Shown piece after piece: positions 1 to 9,410 of a DNA stretch of 64,000 bases. The DNA is from Spirochaetia bacterium. GTDB lineage: Bacteria > Spirochaetota > Spirochaetia > SZUA-6 > Bin103. Location of the stretch: positions 384,001-448,000 of the forward strand of contig CBDBOV010000001.1 of assembly GCA_965208575.1 (NCBI GenBank), written 5' to 3'. The position numbers and the translations under genes were made by a program. A model generated the notes under the pieces. The model did not search any database. It saw only the letters and a program-made list of their open reading frames with translations, and was not told the origin of the DNA. Each line of letters starts with the position of its first letter. Positions within the stretch are counted from its first letter, which is position 1.

Positions 1-261
1 GATCCTTCCGTAGCGCTGCAGGGTGTACTGCACCAGGTCGGTGATGTCGTCCCGGATCATCACGTCGCACTTCCGGTAGGCGATCTCCCCGCTCAGCCCC
101 TGCGCCTCGCGCAGCACCGCCTCGCCGTGCTCCGGCGTGCGCCCGCGGTCGCAGACCACCACCGAGGCGCCCTCGCGTGCGAACAGCAGCGCCGCCGCCT
201 TGCCCAGGCCCAGGGTGGCGCCGGTGATGATCGCTGCCTTGCCCGCCAGTCTGCCTGCCAT
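1..261 (-). CDS. SDR family oxidoreductase (5' part; runs off window start)
   Basis: Hand translation from ATG at 261: MAGRLAGKAAIITGATLGLGKAAALLFAREGASVVVCD...KCDV; TGxxxGxG Rossmann motif. Not in the ORF track. Confidence 0.85.
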   Translation of the reverse strand, partial: MAGRLAGKAAIITGATLGLGKAAALLFAREGASVVVCDRGRTPEHGEAVLREAQGLSGEIAYRKCDVMIRDDITDLVQYTLQRYGRI

Positions 262-280
262 GCGCCGAACCGGACCGCCC

Positions 281-592
281 CTATTCCTGCTCGGCCTTCT
301 GGATGAACTTCTGCTTTGCGTAGTCGCTTACGCCCTCGGCGGCCTTGGCGGCCTGCTCCCACTCGCCGCGCTTCTCGTGGTAGTGCATCGCCTTGTAGGA
401 CTCGGGATCCTCGGCCAGGTCGCCGGTGCTGCCGATATTCGGCGAGGCGAAGGTATGGCTGGCGTAGTCGCGCGGCGCGGCGGCGCCGCAGGAGGGGCAC
501 CGCGTGCGCGCGACCTCATCGCTGTTGACGTTGAGCAGCAGTTTCTCGAACACCTGCTCACAGGCACTGCATCGATAGACGTATACCGGCAT
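281..592 (-). CDS. FmdB-family zinc-ribbon protein
   Basis: MPVYVYRCSACEQVFE...CPSCG, the classic MPxYxYxCxxC...CPxCG motif. Confidence 0.85.
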   Translation of the reverse strand: MPVYVYRCSACEQVFEKLLLNVNSDEVARTRCPSCGAAAPRDYASHTFASPNIGSTGDLAEDPESYKAMHYHEKRGEWEQAAKAAEGVSDYAKQKFIQKAEQE

Positions 593-689
593 GATCCTGG
601 ACCTGTCTCGAACGTGCGGCAGCTTACCACGCCCACGCGGGCGGCGTCACCGTCACCGTCCCGCCGCGACCCGCCACGGCCGGCTCGAC

Positions 690-2303
690 TCAGCGGGCGG
701 TCGCGGGCTGCTTGGTGACGGTGCGGTACCAGGTCTGGTCGAAGGCCGGGCCGGTGACCAGACCGGTGACGGTGCGGCGCCGGGCGATCTGCTCGGTCTG
801 CTGAAACATGATCACGTACGGCCCCGCTACCTGGAGGCGCCGCTGCAGGTCGCGGTACAACTCGGCGCGCCACGCCGGATCGCGTTCGTTGCGCGCCCGG
901 ATCACCGCGGCATTGACCTCGTCGTCGGCCCACCCGTTGCGCCACGCCAGCACGCCGGTCAGGTTCGCTTCCGCGCGGTTGTCCGGGTTGCGAGCGAAGG
1001 CGTCCGCGTTGGAGTGCGGGTCGACGTAGTCGGGTGACCAGGGTGCCAGTATGAGCTGGTGCCGCCGGGCGCGGTAGCGGGGCCAGAGCGTGCTCCCCGC
1101 CACCGCTTCGACCTGGGCTTCGATGCCGGTCTCGGCAAGCGTGTCCGCCACCGCACGCGCGATCGCCGGGAACGGTGGGCTGGAGAGGGTTTCGAGGCGC
1201 ACCGCGAAGCCCGGGCCGTGGCCCGCCTGGGCGAGCAGTTCCTTGGCCCGCGCGAGGTCGAGCCGGTAGGGTGTGGCGCTGTACGAGGCCCAGAGCCCAA
1301 GCGGCCAGAACGCCTGGTGAACCATGAATTGGCCGGCCAGAAAGGAATTCGCCATGCCGTGGTAGTCGACCGCATGGCGCAGCGCGTGCACCACCAGGCG
1401 GTTGCCGAGAATCGGATGCGATGCGTTGGCCGCCAGGTAGATCAGCGTGCCGCGCGGGTGGCTGTCGACGGCTATCTGTTCGTTGCCGGCCAGCGCCTCG
1501 ACCAGGTCCGGGGTGAGGTCGCGGGCCAGGTCGGCGTTGCCGCTCTCCAGCAGCAGCCGCTGCTCGGACGGCTCGGGCGCGTGGCGCAGGACGATGCGCG
1601 GGACGCCCGGAGCGCCGCGGCGATAGTCGGCGTTGGCTTCCAGCACCACCGACTCGTTGGCCTGCCAACTCCGCAGCCGGTACGGCCCGGAGCCGGCGCT
1701 GTTGGTCTGCAGCCACGCGGCCCCCAAGTCTCCGTCCTGCTCGTGGGCCAGCACCAACTCCCGGTCCACCACCGATCCGACGCCGGCCGACAGCGCGTGC
1801 AGCACCAGTCCGGGAGAGAACTCCTCGACGACGGTGATGCCGATGTGACGCTCGTCGACCACCTCGACCAGGCCACCGACGTTGTCCGCGTTCCAGCCGA
1901 ACTGGGTGAGAATGAATGCCGGCGATCCGCCGCGCCGCACGGCTCGCTCCAGGGAGAACTCGACATCCTCGGGCCGCACCGGGTTGCCGGAGTGAAACGT
2001 GAGGCCGTCCCGAATCCGCAGGGTGACGGTTCTGCCGTCGTCGCTCACGGTGTGGCTCTCGGCGACGCCGCCGGTCAGCGTGCCGGGATCCTCCGGCTCG
2101 AACGTCATGATCCGTTCGTAGACGTTGGCCAGGATCTCGCCCGCGGTGAGCTCGAACGACTCGGCGGGATCGAAGGTGATGATGTCGCCGATGTCCTTCG
2201 CGATCACCACGGCATCAGGCGGAGTATCGGCGGCGGCGGTTGCGGCAGCCAGGGCCAGCAGGCCCGGCAGTACGATGGGCGGTGGCGCACGGAACCGGAA
2301 CAT
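690..2303 (-). CDS. ABC transporter substrate-binding protein, family 5 (peptide/nickel)
   Basis: Signal peptide MFRFRAPPPIVLPGLLALAAATAAA; TFDP, GLTFHSGNPVRPEDVEFSLER and GSGPY motifs. Start reassigned from the over-extended 690..3470 ORF. Confidence 0.9.
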   Translation of the reverse strand: MFRFRAPPPIVLPGLLALAAATAAADTPPDAVVIAKDIGDIITFDPAESFELTAGEILANVYERIMTFEPEDPGTLTGGVAESHTVSDDGRTVTLRIRDGLTFHSGNPVRPEDVEFSLERAVRRGGSPAFILTQFGWNADNVGGLVEVVDERHIGITVVEEFSPGLVLHALSAGVGSVVDRELVLAHEQDGDLGAAWLQTNSAGSGPYRLRSWQANESVVLEANADYRRGAPGVPRIVLRHAPEPSEQRLLLESGNADLARDLTPDLVEALAGNEQIAVDSHPRGTLIYLAANASHPILGNRLVVHALRHAVDYHGMANSFLAGQFMVHQAFWPLGLWASYSATPYRLDLARAKELLAQAGHGPGFAVRLETLSSPPFPAIARAVADTLAETGIEAQVEAVAGSTLWPRYRARRHQLILAPWSPDYVDPHSNADAFARNPDNRAEANLTGVLAWRNGWADDEVNAAVIRARNERDPAWRAELYRDLQRRLQVAGPYVIMFQQTEQIARRRTVTGLVTGPAFDQTWYRTVTKQPATAR

Positions 2304-2362
2304 GACTCCGGAGTGTACCGCAACGCGCAGCCGGGTTCCGATTTCGCGGGCCGCTCCCGCGG

Positions 2363-3511
2363 CTACTGATCGTAGGGATTGCCCATGAACCGCTCGAAGC
2401 GGAGTTGCTCCGGGTGGATCCCGATCGACATCCCGTAGTCGCGGGCGGCCCGAATGGTCGCCGGCGCGTCGGCGTTCATCTCCATCACGCGGCCCGGGTA
2501 GGCGACCTTGATGACGCGGTTCCGCTCCAGGTGGAAGTACCAGCCCGGCGACCGCAGTCGCGCCGCGACCCTTCGCAGCAGGGAATCCACGTCCTCGTCC
2601 GCGACTTCGACGTTGCAGAACGTGAACTCGCCGCGCGAGCCCTCCCGCTCCAGCCGCTGCCCCGACCTGCCAGTTACCGTAACCAGGTCCCAGATTCCCG
2701 GGTCGTCGTGCAGCGACTGCGCGATCAGCACCCCTCTCCAGCGGGTCGGTGCAATGCACATGCGCACCTCGGCGCCGCCGTCGAAGCGGGCCACGGCGCT
2801 GCTGCCGGGCACGACCGGGTGCGGCTCGGTGAGCGAGCCGGTCAGGATCACCGACCCCGCCGGCAGGCCGATGCCGCGCCGGCCGAGGCTGTTCACCAGC
2901 CAGGCGAACACGTCCAGGGGATGGCGCCGCCAGGAGCCGCGGTAGGTCGGGACGGGGGCGCCACCGTCCACCCGCACGTCGACCGCGGTGCCTGTCAGGT
3001 CGCGGTCGCGCCAGTCGGGGACTTGCGTCCCGATTACCGCACCGCCGCTGTTGCCGCTGTCGGCAATCTCGGCGAGCGAGTCCGGCGCCACGGAGTAGCG
3101 CGACTGGGTGAGGTCGAACGCCGCCAGCAGCTCGCTCACCGCCGCGAGGTCGGCGGCCTCGTACGCGGCGCGTCTGGGTGGAAGCTCGGCCCGCGTCCGG
3201 ATCGCGAACTCGGTCTCGAGCTTGGCGGCGGGGAAGTCCGCCGCCGGCAGCGCCGCGCCGTCGGCGTACACCCGCGGGCCGAACAGCGGCCCCGGAATCG
3301 GAGCATCGAGACCGCGCTGTTTCATGATGGCGGGAGTTGCGGCACCTACCTTCCAGCCGACTACCGGCAGCCCAAGAAGTTCCGTCACGGTGTCCTGAAC
3401 GGCATACGCTTCGCGCCGGCTGCGCGGACGAGCGTCGCTCAGATCCGGAATCCGTGCGCCTGACCGCCATGCCTTGGTCAACTGCCGCGCCGCCACGTCG
3501 ATGCGCTTCAC
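2363..3511 (-). CDS. 2-keto-4-pentenoate hydratase-like (FAH superfamily) protein with an extra C-terminal domain
   Basis: EAYAVQD...GWKVGA...PIPGPLF...ETEFA...GSVILTGS, followed by about 125 aa of unrelated sequence. Confidence 0.8.
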   Translation of the reverse strand: MKRIDVAARQLTKAWRSGARIPDLSDARPRSRREAYAVQDTVTELLGLPVVGWKVGAATPAIMKQRGLDAPIPGPLFGPRVYADGAALPAADFPAAKLETEFAIRTRAELPPRRAAYEAADLAAVSELLAAFDLTQSRYSVAPDSLAEIADSGNSGGAVIGTQVPDWRDRDLTGTAVDVRVDGGAPVPTYRGSWRRHPLDVFAWLVNSLGRRGIGLPAGSVILTGSLTEPHPVVPGSSAVARFDGGAEVRMCIAPTRWRGVLIAQSLHDDPGIWDLVTVTGRSGQRLEREGSRGEFTFCNVEVADEDVDSLLRRVAARLRSPGWYFHLERNRVIKVAYPGRVMEMNADAPATIRAARDYGMSIGIHPEQLRFERFMGNPYDQ

Positions 3512-3518
3512 TTGCGAA

Positions 3519-3626
3519 CTACCCTACCTGCTGCAGGACGTCGACGCCGCGGCGATGCAGCTCCGAGCCGGTGCCGCCGTCCGGCACCAGCCGCGCGCCG
3601 GCCCGCAACCGTTCGACGATACTCAT
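3519..3626 (-). pseudogene. N-terminal remnant (35 aa) of a homocysteine S-methyltransferase-family gene
   Basis: RBS GAGGAG, then MSIVERLRAGARLVPDGGTGSELHRRGVDVLQQVG-stop; DGGxGSELxRRG is the typical HMT N-terminus. Confidence 0.6.
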
Positions 3627-3638
3627 TCCACTCCTCGC

Positions 3639-3875
3639 CTAACGGCGGGTCGTAGTCCGTGCAGCCGCGGCGCCAGCAGCCCAGTACTCGGCAGCCGCTC
3701 GGTCCGCCGGCTCCACCTCCAGATTCTGCAGCAGTGCCAGAATCGTCCTCCCGGTGGAGTCGCTCGGACCGAACCTCGCCCGCCGCACGGTGGCTGAGAA
3801 GGACTCCCCGGGCCGCCTGGCGGCCTTGAGCTTTTCATATGCGTCCAACTCGAGCGATATGGTTCTGGTTGCCAT
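3639..3875 (-). CDS. putative antitoxin, VapB/DUF217-like (orphan)
   Basis: MATRTISLELDAYEKLKAARRPGESFSATVRR matches the TI-x-DAYExL-x-ESFS pattern. Confidence 0.75.
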   Translation of the reverse strand: MATRTISLELDAYEKLKAARRPGESFSATVRRARFGPSDSTGRTILALLQNLEVEPADRAAAEYWAAGAAAARTTTRR

Positions 3876-3917
3876 ACCTGAACAGTACACGAAGACCTGC
3901 TATGTCATCCGTGGTGC

Positions 3918-4688
3918 TTACGACATGATCAGGCCGCCGTCGACGTTGATGGTCTGGCCGGTGATGTAGGCTGCGTCGTCGGAGGCGAGGAAGGCAACCA
4001 GGCCGGCCACATCCTCCGGCGTTCCCGCCCGCTGCAGGGGAATGCCCGCGACCCACTCGGCCATCAGCTCGCCCGGCCGGTAGTCGCCGAGCAGCGCTCC
4101 CCAGGCGCGGTCGTTGTAGGCCCACATCCCGGTGTCGATGATGCCGGGGCAGAAGGCGTTGACCGTGATCCCGTCCGCCGCCAGTTCCTTCGCCAGGCTG
4201 TGCGTGATTCCCACCACTCCCATCTTGCTCGCCGCGTAGTGCGGCGTGTAGATAAAGCCCTCGCGGGCCTGCCCGGAGGCGGTGTTGATGAGCCGCCCCC
4301 AGCCGTTCTTGCGCATGTAGGCTGCCGCGGCCTGGCAGCACAGGAACACTCCCTTGGTGTTCACCGCCATGATGCGGTCCCACGCATCCTCGCCCAACTG
4401 CTCGAGGCGGGAGATGGTGATGACCCCGGCGTTCTGCACCGAGACATCCACCGAGCCGTAGCGCTCGAAGGCGGTCGCGTAGAGTCGATCGACGTCGCTC
4501 TTGCGGGTCACGTCGCACACCAGGGAGGTGGCCTCGCCGCCATCCTTCCCGATCTCCTCGGCGACCTCGTGCACGGCCGCTTCGTCCGCGCTCACGACCA
4601 CTCGCGCGCCGTCCGCCGCAAACCGCCGCGCTATACCACGTCCAATGCCGCGGCTCGCACCCGTGACCACGACCGTCTTCGCCGACAC
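3918..4688 (-). CDS. SDR family oxidoreductase (acetoin/sugar-alcohol dehydrogenase-like)
   Basis: TGASRGIG, NAG, YAASK, CPG and VDGG motifs. Confidence 0.92.
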   Translation of the reverse strand: MSAKTVVVTGASRGIGRGIARRFAADGARVVVSADEAAVHEVAEEIGKDGGEATSLVCDVTRKSDVDRLYATAFERYGSVDVSVQNAGVITISRLEQLGEDAWDRIMAVNTKGVFLCCQAAAAYMRKNGWGRLINTASGQAREGFIYTPHYAASKMGVVGITHSLAKELAADGITVNAFCPGIIDTGMWAYNDRAWGALLGDYRPGELMAEWVAGIPLQRAGTPEDVAGLVAFLASDDAAYITGQTINVDGGLIMS

Positions 4689-4713
4689 TCCAGATTCCGC
4701 CTTTGGAGACCGG

Positions 4714-5616
4714 TCAGCCCTCGTACTCGTCCCGCTCGCGGGCGAAGCGCTTGAGCTTGGCGAAGAAGTCCTCGTGGATGAAACGCGCGTCGATGTCCTC
4801 GTAGACGCGAATCGGCCGATTCGCTCCGGTGTGACGGTAGTGCATCGTGGGCTCGAACTCCGGCGCGGGCCGCCAGCTCCATGCGCCGCAGTCCGGGTAC
4901 ATCATCACGCCGACGCACGGAGAGTCGCCGAGCGAGCGATACGGCATGGCGGTCGGCCGCGTGTCGGCGTTGTGCTCCACCAGTTGATCGACCAGGTAGC
5001 GGCCGATCTTGCCGCATGGGTATACCTTGTCGAACAGTTCCGCGTAGCTCACCGGCATCCTGCGGTACACGTTCTGCGGGATCTGCCACACGTCGAGCCG
5101 CGAGCGCATGACGACGTTGGCGGCGGCGACGTCGTTGGACAGGTTGAATTCGCGCCCGCCGAGCGGCCACGGCCCGCCGCCGATCCAGATCACCACGACG
5201 TTGCGCGATTCGATGGCCGGCTCCAGGAGCAGCGCGGACGCCATGTCGGTGAGCGGACCGTAGAAGGCGACGTGCAGGGGCCGCGGGTCGTCCTTCAGGG
5301 CCTGCTCGATGATCAGGCGCGCGCCCGGCGAGTCGACCGCCGTGTGTTCGTCGGGCAGGGCATGCGCGCCGCCGTCGGCCACGTGGACCTGGTCGCGGAG
5401 ATCCATCAGGTCGAGCAGCAGCATGGTCTCATCGTGACTGTCGCGAAGACTGTGCGCCGACTTTCCGGTCCCGAAGTGGGCGGGCACGACACCGTGCAGC
5501 TCGAACGCCGGCGTCAGTATCGCGTGCACGATGGCGTACTGATCGTCCGCCTCGTTCTTGGCATCGGTATTCACGATTACGCGAATCTTCTTGTCGTCTG
5601 GGAACTCGTAGTGCAT
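4714..5616 (-). CDS. nucleoside hydrolase family protein
   Basis: IVNTDAKNEADDQYAI, GPLTD, GREFN and LGDS motifs of the IU-nucleoside hydrolase fold. Confidence 0.85.
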   Translation of the reverse strand: MHYEFPDDKKIRVIVNTDAKNEADDQYAIVHAILTPAFELHGVVPAHFGTGKSAHSLRDSHDETMLLLDLMDLRDQVHVADGGAHALPDEHTAVDSPGARLIIEQALKDDPRPLHVAFYGPLTDMASALLLEPAIESRNVVVIWIGGGPWPLGGREFNLSNDVAAANVVMRSRLDVWQIPQNVYRRMPVSYAELFDKVYPCGKIGRYLVDQLVEHNADTRPTAMPYRSLGDSPCVGVMMYPDCGAWSWRPAPEFEPTMHYRHTGANRPIRVYEDIDARFIHEDFFAKLKRFARERDEYEG

Positions 5617-5642
5617 CAAATCCTCTCCTCGGAGTCCGTATG

Positions 5643-6455
5643 TTACCCGTCGACCGCGGCAACGACGACCTCGATGCCGCGGCGCTCGAACTCGGCGCGC
5701 TCGTCCGCACCGATGCCGTCGTCGGTGATGAAGGTGTGGATCAGGTCCAGACCGCCGAGCGCCGCAAGGGCGGACGTGCCGAGCTTCGTGGAGTCGGCCA
5801 CCAGGTACACCTGCCGTGCCGAAGCGATCATGGCGCGCTTCACGTGGATGTCGCTGAATCCCGGGTAGGTGAGACCGGCGGCGAAGGAGACCCCGCCCGC
5901 GGCGAGAAACAGCTTGGCCACGTGAACCTTGTCGAAGAACGCGGCAGCCTTCTCGCCGGTCAGGGACAGCGTGGGAGCCTTGAACTCGCCGCCGGTGACC
6001 ATGACCTCGAAACCGAAGTGGCCTCCCAGCAGCAGCGCGATATTCAGGGCATTGGTAACCACCGTGAGGTTGCGCTTGCCCTCCAGGTGCTTGGCCGCCT
6101 CGGTGACGGTGGAACCGGCGTCCAGGATGATGGTATCGCCGTCACTGACAAACTCCGCGACCTTGCGGCCAATGGCGCTCTTGCGCTGCATGTTCCCGGT
6201 GTGTTGCAGGCTGAGACTGCGCACCTGGTCGGGTATGCTCCTGAGGAACGCTCCGCCGTACTCGCGGATGATCAGGCCATCCTCCTGCAGGCGGTCCAGG
6301 TCCAGGCGGATCGTGGGTTCCGAGACGGCGAATACCCGGCTGAGTTCGCTCACCCGCGCGCTGCCCTCCTCCTGCAGCAACTCGAGGATCCTCACCCGCC
6401 GCCGCTGGCCAAGGAGATTCGCCTGCCCCTTGCTCGTATTCGCCTTGTTTGCCAT
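5643..6455 (-). CDS. DeoR/GlpR family transcriptional regulator
   Basis: HTH VSEPTIRLDL, YGGA, ILDAGST, VVTN, ADSTK. Confidence 0.95.
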   Translation of the reverse strand: MANKANTSKGQANLLGQRRRVRILELLQEEGSARVSELSRVFAVSEPTIRLDLDRLQEDGLIIREYGGAFLRSIPDQVRSLSLQHTGNMQRKSAIGRKVAEFVSDGDTIILDAGSTVTEAAKHLEGKRNLTVVTNALNIALLLGGHFGFEVMVTGGEFKAPTLSLTGEKAAAFFDKVHVAKLFLAAGGVSFAAGLTYPGFSDIHVKRAMIASARQVYLVADSTKLGTSALAALGGLDLIHTFITDDGIGADERAEFERRGIEVVVAAVDG

Positions 6456-6463
6456 CGGACGGA

Positions 6464-6523
6464 ATTATAACGAAGAATAGTGAGCAACAATAGGTTGACT
6501 GTCATCATCGATTCACTTACGGT
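6464..6523. promoter_or_regulatory. divergent sigma70-type promoters (deoR / transketolase operon)
   Basis: + strand TTGACT(6495)-17 bp-TACGGT(6518); - strand TATAAT at 6469-6464, 8 nt before the deoR ATG. Confidence 0.55.
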
Positions 6524-6543
6524 AGGCTGCGGATTTCAGAGAA

Positions 6544-7395
6544 GTGCGTGACAGAACGACGGATCGAGAGCTGGCTCTGAAGTCGGTCCGCTACCGCCGC
6601 ACGCTGCTGCGGGCCATCAAGGAGGCGGGGGCGGGCCACACCGGGGGCAGCCTGTCGTGCATCGACATTCTCAACGTGTTGTACAACGACGTGTTGAATG
6701 TCTTCCCCGCTGCCTGTGCCGATCCCGCGCGCGACCGGTACATCCACAGCAAGGGGCACTCCGTGGAGGCCCTGTACACCGTCCTCGCCGACCGCGGGTT
6801 CTTCCCGGACTCGCACCTGCGCACGTTGAGCCGCTACCGGTCGCACTTCGTCGGGCACCCGACTCGGAAGGTCAACGGCATCGAGCACAACACCGGCGCG
6901 CTCGGCCACGGCCTGCCGGTGGCCGCCGGCCTGGCGCTCGCCGGCGCGCGCAGCCGGCATCGATTCCGCGTGTTCGCGTTGCTCGGCGACGGCGAACTCG
7001 CGGAGGGCTCGGTGTGGGAGGCGGCGATGGCGGCGGCTCATTACCGGCTGGACAACCTGGTCGTGATTGTCGATCGCAACGGACTGCAGATCACCGGGGG
7101 CACGGAGGACGTGATGGGCCTGGAGCCGTTGGCGCAACGGTTCGCGGCCTTCGGCCTGGAGGTGCGCACGTGCGACGGCCATGATGTCGGCGCCCTGCGT
7201 GCGGCGTTCGACGAGACCCCGTTTGCCGCGGGGCGGCCGAGTGTGCTGCTTGCCCGCACGGTGAAGGGCAAGGGCGTGAGCTTCATGGAGGGCCGGCCGG
7301 GGTGGCACCACCACGTGCCGAGCGACGAAGAATTGCGTGCGGCGCTGCAGGAGCTGCAGCGTGCCGAGGCCGAGCTGCTGGCGGTGTGCGTTTGA
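6544..7395 (+). CDS. aptA: transketolase N-terminal subunit (probable apulose-4-phosphate transketolase A)
   Basis: GHTGGSLS, DRYIHSKGH, GALGHG and the ThDP motif GDGE...N; operonic with an isomerase and an FGGY kinase. Confidence 0.8.
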   Translation: MRDRTTDRELALKSVRYRRTLLRAIKEAGAGHTGGSLSCIDILNVLYNDVLNVFPAACADPARDRYIHSKGHSVEALYTVLADRGFFPDSHLRTLSRYRSHFVGHPTRKVNGIEHNTGALGHGLPVAAGLALAGARSRHRFRVFALLGDGELAEGSVWEAAMAAAHYRLDNLVVIVDRNGLQITGGTEDVMGLEPLAQRFAAFGLEVRTCDGHDVGALRAAFDETPFAAGRPSVLLARTVKGKGVSFMEGRPGWHHHVPSDEELRAALQELQRAEAELLAVCV

Positions 7396-8375
7396 GCAGC
7401 CGATCCGATGGCTGGCGGCACGTTTCCGCGCTGCCGGCCGGCCGGCCGAACCAGGAGGTGTTCGCCGAGACGCTGCTCGAGGCGGCACGGCGCGACCCCA
7501 CCGTCCTGGTAGTTACCAGCGACTCGCGAGGGTCCGCCAGGCTCGTGGAGTTCGCCGCCGAGCTTCCCGAACGCATCGTGGAACTCGGCATCGCGGAGCA
7601 GAACCTGGTCGGCGTCGCGGCCGGCCTGGCAGCCGGAGGCTACACGGTGTTCGCCGTCTCGCCCGCCTGCTTTCTCACCACCCGGTCGCTGGAGCAGATC
7701 AAGAACGACGTCGCCTACTCGGGTCACAAGGTGGTCCTGGTGGGGATCAGCGCAGGGGTGAGCTACGGCGCCCTGGGGTCGACCCACCACTCCCTGAACG
7801 ACTTCGCATCGCTCAGGGCCGTCAACAACCTCGACATCGTGGTGCCGGCCGACAACCGTCAGACCCGCGAGGCGGTGTTGGCGGCGCTCGGCCACCCGCG
7901 CCCCCTGTACTTGCGACTTGGCAAGCGTCCGGTCCCGGTTCTGCCCGCCGGCGCCGGCGAGTTCTCCATCGGACGCGGGGAGTGCATCGCCGAGGGCGCG
8001 GATGCCGCGCTGGTGGCCACCGGCGAGACGGTGTGGCGAGCCGTGGCGGCGCGCTCGGCGCTCGCGGAGGATGGGATCTTCTGCCGGGTCCTGTGCATGC
8101 ACTCGATTCGCCCGTTCGACGGCGCGGCGCTTGTGGAGGCAGCCCGGTCGGTACGCGCGGTCGTGTGCATCGAGGAGCATTCGGTGCACGGCGGTCTCGG
8201 CGAGCAATGCGCGGCGCTGCTCATGCAGGAAGGGGTGCGCGTGCCATTCCGGATCATGGGAATTCCGGACGAGTACACGGTGACCGGCAGTCAGGAGGAG
8301 ATACTGTCACACTACGGCATTTCTCCGCATGGCATCGCCGGCGAGATTCGGCGCCTGCTGGCGTGCCGCCGATAA
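7392..8375 (+). CDS. aptB: transketolase C-terminal subunit (probable apulose-4-phosphate transketolase B)
   Basis: GIAEQN, YGALGSTHHS, EEHSVHGGLG; TTG start overlaps the upstream TGA. Confidence 0.8.
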   Translation: MSSRSDGWRHVSALPAGRPNQEVFAETLLEAARRDPTVLVVTSDSRGSARLVEFAAELPERIVELGIAEQNLVGVAAGLAAGGYTVFAVSPACFLTTRSLEQIKNDVAYSGHKVVLVGISAGVSYGALGSTHHSLNDFASLRAVNNLDIVVPADNRQTREAVLAALGHPRPLYLRLGKRPVPVLPAGAGEFSIGRGECIAEGADAALVATGETVWRAVAARSALAEDGIFCRVLCMHSIRPFDGAALVEAARSVRAVVCIEEHSVHGGLGEQCAALLMQEGVRVPFRIMGIPDEYTVTGSQEEILSHYGISPHGIAGEIRRLLACRR

Positions 8376-8416
8376 GGAGGTAACGCGACATGCAAGACGA
8401 CACACGGAGGAGAGAC

Positions 8417-9388
<972 letters not shown>

Positions 9389-9410
9389 GCCGGTTGCTCT
9401 GTTGAGCCCT

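Noticed and set aside
690-3470. 926-aa ORF as one large protein
   Set aside because: The first ~390 aa are an alternative-frame shadow of the hydratase gene; the real protein begins at the signal peptide at 2303.
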